The notes beneath the pieces were generated by a model. It did not search any database. It was not told the DNA's origin and saw only the letters and a program-made list of their open reading frames with translations. This document shows, one piece after another, positions 36,921-46,135 of a stretch of 59,670 nt of DNA. Origin of the DNA: an uncultured Bacilli bacterium (GTDB taxonomy: Bacteria > Bacillota_I > Bacilli_A > RF39 > UBA660); NCBI GenBank assembly GCA_947627805.1, contig CANQXB010000002.1, positions 1 through 59,670 of the forward strand, given 5' to 3'. A program made the translations under genes and the position numbers. Positions within the stretch are counted from its first letter, which is position 1; every line of letters starts with the position of its first letter.

Positions 36921-37325
36921 ATGCAGAATAAAGCTTATTTTTTTGTTAATGGAAATTTGTTTAAAAAGGAAGATAATTTGAAAGATTCTAATATTGATGA
37001 TGAATATATATTAAATTTAGATTCTAAATATAATTATGAAGTTTATAATTTTGGTGTATCAAGAAATTTTAATGATTGTAAAATTGGTGCTTTAAAAGAT
37101 GTTGTTACTGATGTCTCAGGAAATAGAATGATTATTCCAAATACCTATGTTGCTATTTTTGAAATAGCGTTAAACGAAAGTGAATACCAAAATATTGATG
37201 AAGAATCTATGTTGGCAGAATTTGATATATTAGACAAAATAAAAAATTTAGAATCTAAAATTGCTTATAATTGTATGTTTGATAAAAATAAAAATTTAAT
37301 AGAAAATTTTATTGATATAAAATAA
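36921..37325 (+). CDS. Hypothetical protein
   Basis: ORF with AAAGGGGG upstream. I prefer the ATG at 36921 (7-nt spacing). Confidence 0.55.
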   Translation: MQNKAYFFVNGNLFKKEDNLKDSNIDDEYILNLDSKYNYEVYNFGVSRNFNDCKIGALKDVVTDVSGNRMIIPNTYVAIFEIALNESEYQNIDEESMLAEFDILDKIKNLESKIAYNCMFDKNKNLIENFIDIK

Positions 37326-37343
37326 ATTGGTGCTTTTTATATA

Positions 37344-37697
37344 ATGCAAAGTGAGGTGGTAAAAATAGCAAGATATACTATTTCATTAAATGGTGCATTT
37401 GAAGAAATGTTAAATTCATTTATGAAAGAAAATAACATTAAGTTAAAAAGTGTTGCTATTAAAAAATGTGTTGAAATAGCAACCGATAATAACGAATATA
37501 AAAGTTTTTTATATGAGTTAGATAGTAAGTTAAATAGAATTTTATTTAGACAAAATTTAAATAAAAAAATATTAGAGCAGTTATTTGTTAATATGGGATT
37601 TTTAAATAATGAAAGAATTGAAAAAGATAATTGTTTAAAAGATGTTTATGATGATTATAGAGAGAAATATTTTAAAAGGGGTGAAAGTAATGAATAA
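37344..37697 (+). CDS. Hypothetical protein, possible relaxosome accessory factor
   Basis: 117-aa ORF. The N-terminus IARYTISLNGAFEEMLNSFMKE is compatible with a ribbon-helix-helix. It lies immediately upstream of the RHH and relaxase genes. Confidence 0.45.
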   Translation: MQSEVVKIARYTISLNGAFEEMLNSFMKENNIKLKSVAIKKCVEIATDNNEYKSFLYELDSKLNRILFRQNLNKKILEQLFVNMGFLNNERIEKDNCLKDVYDDYREKYFKRGESNE

Positions 37698-37920
37698 AGA
37701 AATTATTAGGAGAAGTATTTCGATACCAAAAGAGCTTGATGAGAAAATTGGCCTTATGGCAAAAAGATTTTCTTATTCAGTTAAGAATCAATTGATGGTA
37801 GAGTTATTAGAATTAGGTGTTTTAAAATATAATGAAGATTTAGAAATGAAACAATTAATAAATAATCTAATCAAGAAAATAGATGGTGTATGTAATGTTA
37901 TTTTAAACAAACATGAATAA
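37690..37920 (+). CDS. Ribbon-helix-helix protein, likely relaxosome accessory factor
   Basis: MNKEIIRRSISIPKELDEKIGLMAKRFSYSVKNQLMVELLELG is a CopG-like RHH. AAAGGGGTGA lies upstream of the ATG at 37690. It overlaps the relaxase start. Confidence 0.55.
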   Translation: MNKEIIRRSISIPKELDEKIGLMAKRFSYSVKNQLMVELLELGVLKYNEDLEMKQLINNLIKKIDGVCNVILNKHE

Positions 37921-39382
37921 TGATTCTAAGTTGATTTTTATAACTCATCCATACTATGCAGTAAATAATCCAACAAATAATTTAAAGATTTATAAGAAAG
38001 CTAAAAATTCTGATCATTGGATAGTTATTAATTGTAAAGATAAAAACGATTATAGAAAGAAAATTAAAGAATATATAATTGGTTTTTATGAATATTCCAG
38101 AGATGAAGAAAAAGCCCATACTTCTATTAAAGATTATATAAATAAAAATGAAGATTCATTATTTGATTATTTTATGGGTGGTAAAAAATCTGATGAGGTT
38201 ATGAAAGAAAATCAAATGAAGAGGGAAGAAATGGCAATGCTTAAAAACGGCACTTTTTTGTTAGATAAAGATGTTCCAACTATGCAAAAAAGATGGTGTA
38301 ATTATATAGAAGATAGTAATATACAATTAGCAGTATTATCTTTTAATCAAAACTATGTTGATGAAAATATTTCTATTAAAGAACTTCAAAAGAAAATTGC
38401 AGTTGATGTAATGCCTAAATTTTTAAGTTATTGTGGTTACGAGAATCCAAAAGAGAATTTAGAATGGATAGTGGCATTACATAATGATAGAGATAATAAT
38501 TATCATTTCCACATATCTTGGATTGAGAAAAATAAATGTTTTAGAAACAGAGAAAATAAATTAGCTCATAAAATAAGATTAACATTATCAGATAACGAAA
38601 TAAACTTTTTGAAAAGACAAGCTTCTTTAACTATTGAAAGAAAAAAATTATATACACCAGCATTAATTGAATTAGAAAAAGATTTTAAAAATTTAAAACA
38701 ATATTTTAATCCTAAAGATCAGAACTTTACCTTAAAAAAACTTAAAGATTTGAAATTAGAAGAAAAAATAATTAAACTTGGTTTTTTGTTGGATAAAGTT
38801 AGAGATGGAAAAACAAAATATATTAAATATAATTCTTTACCAAAAAATGATATTGGTAAAGAAATAAGAAAATTAACTTCGGAGATAAAAAAAGAATTGT
38901 TTAATGATAATACATTAAAAAAAGCTAAAGAAGAAATATATAATTCAATTGATAAAATAAATAGTATATTGCTTGATATAGATAGAAGAAATAATATTTC
39001 AGATGTTGGCTTTGAAAAGGCAATTAATAACAAAATGATAAGAGAAAAATTAGATAAGAATGAAAATTATATATTAAATGCAATTGTGAATCATGCTTTA
39101 TATAATTTTAATAATAGAAAGCGAAAAATAAAAAAGGATAATTTTACTTTGGAAGATGCAATAAATCAATTTATTTATGAAGAATATAAAAAAGATTTTG
39201 CTTCCAAAAAGAATAAGACTATTAAGTATCTTAAAATAAATTTATTAAGAAATTTTTTAAAAGGAAAAACTTATAAAAATAAAATAATGTATGCTTTAGA
39301 TCGTTTAAGCTATGAACAAGATAAAGCTGCTGAAGAATTTTATAAAATGTTTTATGAAAATGAAAATAATTATGAAAAGTGA
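37913..39382 (+). CDS. Conjugative relaxase (HUH-type, MobA/VirD2-like nuclease domain)
   Basis: The three-His motif is LHNDRDNNYHFHISW (HxDx..HxH). N-terminal Tyr candidates lie in HPYYAVNN...IYKK. A long Lys-rich helical C-terminus follows. The context is accessory RHH genes plus a T4SS. Confidence 0.7.
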   Translation: MNNDSKLIFITHPYYAVNNPTNNLKIYKKAKNSDHWIVINCKDKNDYRKKIKEYIIGFYEYSRDEEKAHTSIKDYINKNEDSLFDYFMGGKKSDEVMKENQMKREEMAMLKNGTFLLDKDVPTMQKRWCNYIEDSNIQLAVLSFNQNYVDENISIKELQKKIAVDVMPKFLSYCGYENPKENLEWIVALHNDRDNNYHFHISWIEKNKCFRNRENKLAHKIRLTLSDNEINFLKRQASLTIERKKLYTPALIELEKDFKNLKQYFNPKDQNFTLKKLKDLKLEEKIIKLGFLLDKVRDGKTKYIKYNSLPKNDIGKEIRKLTSEIKKELFNDNTLKKAKEEIYNSIDKINSILLDIDRRNNISDVGFEKAINNKMIREKLDKNENYILNAIVNHALYNFNNRKRKIKKDNFTLEDAINQFIYEEYKKDFASKKNKTIKYLKINLLRNFLKGKTYKNKIMYALDRLSYEQDKAAEEFYKMFYENENNYEK

Positions 39383-39453
39383 GATATTAAAAATGAATTA
39401 GGTGATTTATTGTTTTTATTATTTTTACAAAATATAAATTGATTTTTCAAGAG

Positions 39454-39545
39454 AAAAAAATGAACGCATCGTGAACGCATGAAATGCTTTAAAATGGGCC
39501 TAAAATCAAAAAATCAATCAAAAAAATGAACGCATCGTGAACGCA
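39454..39545. repeat. Two perfect 26-bp direct repeats, each holding two TGAACGCA boxes
   Basis: AAAAAAATGAACGCATCGTGAACGCA occurs at 39454-39479 and 39520-39545 (66-bp period). The boxes within each copy are 11 bp apart. This is a GC-rich island in AT-rich spacer DNA. Confidence 0.85.
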
Positions 39546-39605
39546 CGAATAATTAAATTGCTATTTTATTAATTAAATATTATAATAATTATTGGAGGTA
39601 ATAAT

Positions 39606-40874
39606 ATGGTTGAAACCGAAAAATTAGAATTTAAAAGACAATCAAATGATTCAATAATTAAAGAAGTAATAGCATTTTGCAATACCAATGGTGGAACAAT
39701 CATAATTGGATATGATGATAATGGAAAAGTCTATGGATTAGAAAATGCAAAAAAAGACTTAGATGCTATTAGTGATAGTATTCATGCTGCAATATCGCCT
39801 GATATTAGTTTTTTAGTATCTTTAAAAATAGCACAAGAGGAAGAAAAAGATATAATAATTATTGAAGTATTGCAAGGTACTAATAAACCATATTATATAA
39901 AATCTAAAGGAATGACTTCTGATGGCGTTTATGTAAGAGTAGGAGCTACTACTCAAAAAGCGAGCGAGTCTTTAATAAAGGAAATGATAGTAGAATCTTC
40001 TGGAATTACCTTTGAAAAAAATTTAAGTATTAATCAAGAATTAACTTTTAATTATACTGAAGATGTCTTTAAAGCAAAAAAACTTAAATTTGGTAAAATT
40101 GAAAAGAAAAATTTAGGACTAATTAATGAAAACGGAAAATATACTAATTTAGCATTATTATTATCTGATCAATGTCCTTATACTATAAAAATGGCCATTT
40201 ATACTAATAATACTAAAACAGAATTTTTAGATAAAAAAGAAACATCTATTGGTAGCATACTTAAACAATTAGAAGAAGCATACGAATATTTAAAAGTAAA
40301 TAATAAAACCAATGCAAAAATAATTGGACTTGAAAGAATAGAAACATTAGAATATAGTGATGAAGTATTAAGAGAATGTTTGCTAAACAGTATCGGGCAT
40401 AGAGATTACGAAATATTTGGAAGTAATTTAGTTCACATATTTAAAGATTGTATTGAATTTTTAAGTTTAGGTGGTTTAGTAAATGGCTTAACAATAGAAG
40501 ATATAAAAATAGGTAGTTCTGCTTCAAGAAATCCAAAATTAATTAATATCTTTCATAGATTGGGATTAGTAGAAGCTTATGGAAGTGGAATACCAAGAAT
40601 TTTAGATATTTATAGAGTTAGTGAAAATCAGCCAAAAATAGTTGTTGCTCCACATAGTTTTTTAATAACAATACCAAAGTTGAAAATTATACCTGAATAT
40701 TCTACAATTATAGAATATTTAAGAACTAATGATGGATTAACTCGTGAAAAAGCCGAAGAATTACTTAATACAAAGAAAGTAAAAACACTATCTATTTTAA
40801 ATAAACTAATAAATATGCAAATAATAGAAAAAACAGGAACTTCTAAAGAAATAATATATAATCTAAAAAAGTAA
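39606..40874 (+). CDS. AlbA_2 (Schlafen-like) domain protein with C-terminal HATPase-like/wHTH region (putative DNA-binding regulator)
   Basis: ETEKLEFKRQ...IIKEVIAFCNTNGGTIIIGYDDNGKVYGLE is an AlbA_2/'divergent AAA' signature. CLLNSIGHRDY and ASRNPKLINIFHRLGLVEAYGSGIPRI are typical of RecG-C-terminal-like 'putative transcriptional regulator' proteins. Confidence 0.7.
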   Translation: MVETEKLEFKRQSNDSIIKEVIAFCNTNGGTIIIGYDDNGKVYGLENAKKDLDAISDSIHAAISPDISFLVSLKIAQEEEKDIIIIEVLQGTNKPYYIKSKGMTSDGVYVRVGATTQKASESLIKEMIVESSGITFEKNLSINQELTFNYTEDVFKAKKLKFGKIEKKNLGLINENGKYTNLALLLSDQCPYTIKMAIYTNNTKTEFLDKKETSIGSILKQLEEAYEYLKVNNKTNAKIIGLERIETLEYSDEVLRECLLNSIGHRDYEIFGSNLVHIFKDCIEFLSLGGLVNGLTIEDIKIGSSASRNPKLINIFHRLGLVEAYGSGIPRILDIYRVSENQPKIVVAPHSFLITIPKLKIIPEYSTIIEYLRTNDGLTREKAEELLNTKKVKTLSILNKLINMQIIEKTGTSKEIIYNLKK

Positions 40875-40887
40875 ATATTTATTAAAA

Positions 40888-40919
40888 GTTGCCAAATAAT
40901 TTGGTGGCTTTTTATTTTG
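40888..40919 (+). terminator. Rho-independent terminator
   Basis: GTTGCCAAA-TAA-TTTGGTGGC stem (with G-U pairs) followed by TTTTTATTTT. Confidence 0.6.
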
Positions 40920-40939
40920 TGTATAAAGGGGGATTTGAT

Positions 40940-41722
40940 ATGAGTATTTTACAAGAATATGAAGAAATAAAAAAAGAAATAGGTAATAGAAAATTCAATA
41001 TGATTGAAGATTATTTAGATGAGATATGCCCACCAAGAGAAATGAAAAAGTATGAAAAAGAATTAGCAAAAATTAATGGAGAAGATTTTTATTATTGGTT
41101 AAAACAAAAAGAAAAATTAGAAAAGAAATATGGTGTACTATTTTTAAGTGATGTTCTTTATAAAAAAGAAGAATGGGAAAAATTTGAAAAATGGTATAAA
41201 GAACAAAATAAAGATAAAGAAATAAATATACTAAATATTTGGTGGTTATCAGATCATGATATGGTAAGATGTAATGCAATTATTAAAATTAATAATATAG
41301 AGATTGCTAATATTGTTGCTAGTTATTATGCAGCAGATTTTTATAAATTCGAGGATGACAATGAAATTATTAATATAAAAGATGTTCTTAAAAATTTAAT
41401 ATTAGATGATTTAGATAAATATTTAAAACTACCAAAAGTTAGTGAATGTTCAAGATTATTACAAAGTATCTATGATGATGTATGTGCTTCTGATTCTTCG
41501 ATGTGTCATATAACAGAAGAAGATTGGGAAAATTTTTATTCTGATGATTATACAAACGAAGATTTTGAAATTCTAAAATCAGAAGTCGAAAAATTTGGCT
41601 TAGAAAATGTAGTAAGTATAAATAAAGGAGAATACAAAATTATAGGATATGGTAATTTAGAAACAACGTTTAATGATGATAGAAATTTAAATAAAGAAAA
41701 ATCAGAGGAAAAGACAATATGA
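40940..41722 (+). CDS. Hypothetical acidic protein
   Basis: AAAGGGGG lies 7 nt before the ATG at 40940. The track start at 40889 (TTG) lies inside the terminator. Confidence 0.55.
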   Translation: MSILQEYEEIKKEIGNRKFNMIEDYLDEICPPREMKKYEKELAKINGEDFYYWLKQKEKLEKKYGVLFLSDVLYKKEEWEKFEKWYKEQNKDKEINILNIWWLSDHDMVRCNAIIKINNIEIANIVASYYAADFYKFEDDNEIINIKDVLKNLILDDLDKYLKLPKVSECSRLLQSIYDDVCASDSSMCHITEEDWENFYSDDYTNEDFEILKSEVEKFGLENVVSINKGEYKIIGYGNLETTFNDDRNLNKEKSEEKTI

Positions 41723-42108
41723 TTAGAATAGAAAAGCTTGATAATTCAATTTATCATCATAAATATAAAGAAATATATAAATTAATTTTTGAAGCAGATA
41801 TTGATACTATTACTGACCATTCTTATTGGATGAAAATGGGAAAAAAAGATTATGTTGAAGTTAATATGCCATTATGGATAATAATGGAAAGTAAAAAAGT
41901 AAATAAAAGAATATGGATATGCCATGATTTTGGACAACTATCAATTACAACAGCACAATTAGATTTAGATATAAATAGTAGTGCATATCAAGAAAGTTAT
42001 AAATATTATTATTTTAAAAATCAAAGAGATCTAGTTGATGAATTAAAAAAAATAATAAAACCTTGTTTAGCAAAAGGACAAGATAAAGAAGGTGAATTAG
42101 AATTATGA
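41719..42108 (+). CDS. Hypothetical protein
   Basis: 129-aa ORF with ATGA start/stop overlaps on both sides. Confidence 0.55.
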   Translation: MIRIEKLDNSIYHHKYKEIYKLIFEADIDTITDHSYWMKMGKKDYVEVNMPLWIIMESKKVNKRIWICHDFGQLSITTAQLDLDINSSAYQESYKYYYFKNQRDLVDELKKIIKPCLAKGQDKEGELEL

Positions 42109-42962
42109 CAAACATTAAACAACTTTGTAAAAAAATTGATAGCGAGTTTAAAAAATGTGATATAAGAAATTATAGTGCTTTGGAGGATATTTGCCAAAAT
42201 AATAATATAAAAGTTTTTGATTTTTTGAAAAATGTTGGATATCGTAGTTATTTTAATTATAAAGATTCTTTGAAAAATTTATCGAGAAAAGAATTACCGA
42301 TAAATGAAATCTTAAGTAAAATTCCTAAATCAATAAAAGAATATCTTGATTATCCTGTTGAAGATATAAAAAAAGAAATCCAAAAAAGTAATTCGTTATG
42401 TGATTCACAAGATGATTTAGTATATGCTGATAATGAAATTTGTTATTATGATTGTCATGATGGGGATTATGTATATATAGATACTCATGAAGCTATTGGG
42501 ATAAAAATAGAAACCGATAGTTCATATTTTAAAGGTAAAGTTTTATATGTTAATAACTTGTCAGCTAATTTATTATTAGTTGATGATAATAAAACTTTAT
42601 ATAACGAAATATGTATAAAATATAATTTATATGATTGTATAAAAGAAAATTGCTATATAGATGAAAATTTTAAGAAAGATATAGATGATGTACAAGAAAT
42701 TAATGATTATAAGATTCTAACTAGTTGTATTGATTATCAAGTATTAAAAGAAAATCTTTCAGAAGAAAAACTAAAAAAAATAGAAAAATGTCTTGAAAGT
42801 TTTCAATACTATGAAAGTATTTATGATGATGGTGATATTGATATTATAGGGGACTATGAAAGAAATTATGGTAATGGTTATATAATTGATTGGTATGAAG
42901 GCTTGATGGAAACTGATGAATTTATTGAATCACAAAATTGTGATGTAGAAAATGAAATATAG
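42105..42962 (+). CDS. Hypothetical acidic protein
   Basis: 285-aa Asp/Glu/Cys-rich ORF with an ATGA overlap upstream. Confidence 0.55.
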   Translation: MTNIKQLCKKIDSEFKKCDIRNYSALEDICQNNNIKVFDFLKNVGYRSYFNYKDSLKNLSRKELPINEILSKIPKSIKEYLDYPVEDIKKEIQKSNSLCDSQDDLVYADNEICYYDCHDGDYVYIDTHEAIGIKIETDSSYFKGKVLYVNNLSANLLLVDDNKTLYNEICIKYNLYDCIKENCYIDENFKKDIDDVQEINDYKILTSCIDYQVLKENLSEEKLKKIEKCLESFQYYESIYDDGDIDIIGDYERNYGNGYIIDWYEGLMETDEFIESQNCDVENEI

Positions 42963-42973
42963 AAGAAATAAAA

Positions 42974-43129
42974 ATGAATAATATTTTATATAAATTTAAA
43001 GTAATGTTAGAAGGTGTATATTCAAAATATGGAAAGTATAATAAAAGCAATAGATTAGATTTTGCATTTAATGAAATGAAAATGGAAAGAAAAGAATTTA
43101 AATTAGAAGAAACTGAAATTAGTTTATAA
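42974..43129 (+). CDS. Small protein (51 aa), paralog of 44023..44163
   Basis: My own translation is MNNILYKFKVMLEGVYSKYGKYNKSNRLDFAFNEMKMERKEFKLEETEISL. It shares the core YSK.NRLDF.FNEMK....FKLE with the second copy. It is below the track cutoff. Confidence 0.45.
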   Translation: MNNILYKFKVMLEGVYSKYGKYNKSNRLDFAFNEMKMERKEFKLEETEISL

Positions 43130-43142
43130 TGGGGGTGTAACA

Positions 43143-44021
43143 ATGAAAGAGAAGTTATGTTATTTAGTAGATATTGTCGAAAACAATAAAAATTGTGTAG
43201 TTTTAAAAGTTAAAGATAATAAAGAAATGGATTTAATTAAATTAGGTTGTTTTGATGGAGATGAACGATTAATTAGATTAACAAAAGGGAAAAATCATAC
43301 TTGTACTGTTTTCTATAATGATAATAGAAAGCCATTTTCTTGGGAGTGGGGAGCAAGTGGTTTTACTTTGGTAAGTGATAATACTAATAAAAAGGGTAAA
43401 TTGATACAAAAGTGTATTACTGAAGATTTTGATATTTATGTAGGAGAAGATGATTCTAAAATAATGGAATCATTATATATAAAGTCATTAGATGATGTAA
43501 AAAATAGAAAACATAAAATAGAAATTATGTATTTTAAAAATAGCTATGATGTTGTAGTACATAAAGATAATGAATATTATAATGCATTTTTAAATGTTAA
43601 CGAAGCAATAAAACATTTTCAAGATTTAAATTATAAAGTGGATTTTAAAAATAAGTATGTTGCAGGAACAGGCTGTATTGTTGAAGAATATAGCATTCAA
43701 AAAAATAAAGAATTATTAAATCATAAAGAAGGAGCATATTATCTTTCTATAACAAATACTAACAAATTAAATGATATTGATTCATTTACTGTTGCAAGAG
43801 TAATAGATGATATAAATTGTGTTGAACTTCATTATAATGGTGGAAAAGCAACAATTGAATATGGCATTAAAATTAATGATGATGAATGGGAAAATGAAGT
43901 TGAAGAAGTAGATTGGTTTAATAAAGAAATGTCAGAAGAAGATATAGAAAAAAAATTATGGGAATTATTTAATGAAAAATTTGAAGCTTTTTTAAATACT
44001 GATGATGGAATGGAAATTTAG
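43143..44021 (+). CDS. Hypothetical protein; C-terminal ~80-aa domain shared with 44803..45789
   Basis: GGGGGTG lies upstream. The C-terminus FTVARVIDDINCVELHYNGGKATIEYGIKINDDEWENEVEEVDWFNKEMSEEDIEKKLWELFNEKF aligns with that of the paralog. Confidence 0.6.
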   Translation: MKEKLCYLVDIVENNKNCVVLKVKDNKEMDLIKLGCFDGDERLIRLTKGKNHTCTVFYNDNRKPFSWEWGASGFTLVSDNTNKKGKLIQKCITEDFDIYVGEDDSKIMESLYIKSLDDVKNRKHKIEIMYFKNSYDVVVHKDNEYYNAFLNVNEAIKHFQDLNYKVDFKNKYVAGTGCIVEEYSIQKNKELLNHKEGAYYLSITNTNKLNDIDSFTVARVIDDINCVELHYNGGKATIEYGIKINDDEWENEVEEVDWFNKEMSEEDIEKKLWELFNEKFEAFLNTDDGMEI

Positions 44022-44022
44022 T

Positions 44023-44163
44023 ATGGGTAGAGAATTGATAAATCGAATAACTAGGAAAAAAGATGGAATATATAGTAAAAGTAATAGATTAGATTTTGTT
44101 TTTAATGAAATGAAAGAAGATGATAAAACATTCAAATTAGAAGATGAAGAAAAAGTCTTATAA
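44023..44163 (+). CDS. Small protein (46 aa), paralog of 42974..43129
   Basis: My own translation is MGRELINRITRKKDGIYSKSNRLDFVFNEMKEDDKTFKLEDEEKVL. It starts 2 nt after the stop of the upstream gene. Confidence 0.45.
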   Translation: MGRELINRITRKKDGIYSKSNRLDFVFNEMKEDDKTFKLEDEEKVL

Positions 44164-44183
44164 AAAGGAGATGAAGATATAGT

Positions 44184-44810
44184 ATGAATAATGAAGTATT
44201 AACTATTTGTGGTGAAAGTTTAAATGTATTTAAAAATATAGAAATGGCTAAAGATTTTTATAAAATTTGTTATATGTATTCTGAAGGATTTGAAAGAGAA
44301 AGATATGCCAATGTTTTATTAAAATTAGATTATTATGATGTTGTGGATGATGAAGCTACAAGTTATTGTGATAGTATATCAATTCAATTAGATAAAAATA
44401 ATTTTATTAATTACGATGTAGAGCATTTATCAATTTCTGAAACTATTGATAATTATAAAGAAAAATTAAAACCAGTTTTGGAAGTGTCAAAAGAATATAA
44501 TATAAATTTTTTATCAAAGATTCCTTTTGAAGATTTTGGTAGTGATGATTCATCCTTAACAACACGTAGTTTTTCCAACTATTATAAAGATTTACTAAAT
44601 AAATTCAATATAAAAATTGAAAAAATAAATACTGATGAAGTATCTGATGGGAAATATAAAATGAATATAAACGATAGTGTTATTGTTGATATTAAATCTT
44701 GGGATGATTTTGAAACGGTAATAAATAATATAAATTCTATAATTGATTTATTAAAAGATAATAATTTAAAAATTGAAGATAATAAGGGGGAATTAGAACT
44801 TTATGACTAA
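44184..44810 (+). CDS. Hypothetical acidic protein
   Basis: 208-aa ORF with AAGGAG upstream. Its 3' end overlaps the next gene by 8 nt. Confidence 0.55.
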   Translation: MNNEVLTICGESLNVFKNIEMAKDFYKICYMYSEGFERERYANVLLKLDYYDVVDDEATSYCDSISIQLDKNNFINYDVEHLSISETIDNYKEKLKPVLEVSKEYNINFLSKIPFEDFGSDDSSLTTRSFSNYYKDLLNKFNIKIEKINTDEVSDGKYKMNINDSVIVDIKSWDDFETVINNINSIIDLLKDNNLKIEDNKGELELYD

Positions 44811-45789
44811 AAAAGAAATTAATAATGCACAAGAAAAATTAGATATGCCTATAAAAAGTTGGTATATATCAAAATATCCTTCTGATGAGTTAGGTAAAAC
44901 ATTATCTCCAACAGTAACTTTTCTTGATTTAAATAATATTTTAAATTCTGGGAAAGGAGATGTTTATACTTTACTCGGTGGTTATGCTGATACTACTATT
45001 CGAGAAAGATGTTTTGAAAAATTATGTGAATTAACAAATCAAAATTCTTATGATATCTATAGTAAATGGATAAAATATGATAACAGCCAAAAAGATGCTT
45101 TAAACCTTTTATACAGGATTAATTTAAAAGAATTTAAACACAATTTTGAAGGCAGTGATTTTGATGGATTAGATTATATAAAAGATTACATAACGCCAGA
45201 TTTAGAAGAGTTGTATTATGAAGTTTTAGAATACAATGAAATATATGCAAATGGTTGGACTATTAAAGATTTATTTAAAAAGGGAAAAAAAGATAAATAT
45301 TGGAGTGATAGAGCACATAATTTTATAAAAAAACATCATGTTCCCAAAAAAGACTATGATGAATATATAAAATATTATGATGATTATTGTGTTCTTAGGA
45401 CTAAACTATTAGATGCTCTGGGTTTATCTGAATACTTAGATAGTGATGTATTTATTGATGAAGTACCAGTACATGGCTTTTTAAATAGTGAAACGATAAC
45501 CAAAGTTAAAGATATAGAAATTGGAAATTCTTATACACTTGCTAGAGTAAATAATTTTGGTAATTGTGTAGAACTTCATTATTATTCTAATGGTGAAGCT
45601 AAAGTAGAATATGGATATAAATATACTCATGATTATTGGGAAAATGAAATTGAAGATGCAGAGTGGTTTAATTTAGAAATGACAGATGAAGAAATTCAAA
45701 AAAAATTATATCAACTTTTTAAAGATAAGTTTGATATAAAAGAAAAAGAACAAAATAGAGAGGATTTAGGGATTGATTATGACAGATAA
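44803..45789 (+). CDS. Hypothetical protein; C-terminal domain shared with 43143..44021
   Basis: The C-terminus YTLARVNNFGNCVELHYYSNGEAKVEYGYKYTHDYWENEIEDAEWFNLEMTDEEIQKKLYQLFKDKF aligns with that of 43143..44021. Confidence 0.6.
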   Translation: MTKKEINNAQEKLDMPIKSWYISKYPSDELGKTLSPTVTFLDLNNILNSGKGDVYTLLGGYADTTIRERCFEKLCELTNQNSYDIYSKWIKYDNSQKDALNLLYRINLKEFKHNFEGSDFDGLDYIKDYITPDLEELYYEVLEYNEIYANGWTIKDLFKKGKKDKYWSDRAHNFIKKHHVPKKDYDEYIKYYDDYCVLRTKLLDALGLSEYLDSDVFIDEVPVHGFLNSETITKVKDIEIGNSYTLARVNNFGNCVELHYYSNGEAKVEYGYKYTHDYWENEIEDAEWFNLEMTDEEIQKKLYQLFKDKFDIKEKEQNREDLGIDYDR

Positions 45790-46135
45790 AGAAATTTTAG
45801 CAGAATTAAAAAAATCTTATGAATATTTAAGTGATATTAGAGAAAATGGTTGTGTTGATCATTGTAATGGTCAGTTAAATAGAAAAATGATAGATATGAT
45901 AAATATTGCAAAAAGTAATATTGAAGATAGCTATTTTGAATTTTATAAAACATTAGATAGAGAAAATTTAAGAGTAAAATCATTAGAAAATAATGAAAAA
46001 GTTTATATTGCGAGAACTATTGACGGTGATTATGAAATAGGTGAAGATTCAGATAATTTAACTTGTATTGATGCCGATTATTTTTGGTATGATGATATAG
46101 ATTTTTTAAATGAGGTTTTAGATTATGAAATATAA
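45779..46135 (+). CDS. Hypothetical acidic protein
   Basis: The ORF overlaps the upstream stop. I prefer the ATG at 45779 over the TTG at 45773. Confidence 0.5.
   Translation: MTDKEILAELKKSYEYLSDIRENGCVDHCNGQLNRKMIDMINIAKSNIEDSYFEFYKTLDRENLRVKSLENNEKVYIARTIDGDYEIGEDSDNLTCIDADYFWYDDIDFLNEVLDYEI

Noticed and set aside
39454-39545. Possible CRISPR array
   Set aside because: There are only two repeat copies, the spacer is 40 bp of A-rich DNA, and no cas genes are present anywhere in the window. The internal tandem 8-mers fit a protein-binding array better.
42087-44810. Recurrent C-terminal ...GELEL peptide at the ends of 41719..42108 and 44184..44810, considered as a shared motif
   Set aside because: The similarity is explained by the DNA. 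The peptide is encoded by the GGTGA/GGGGA Shine-Dalgarno and spacer of the overlapping downstream gene (GG(T/G)GAATTAGAA...ATGAC). It is a translational-coupling signal rather than a protein motif.
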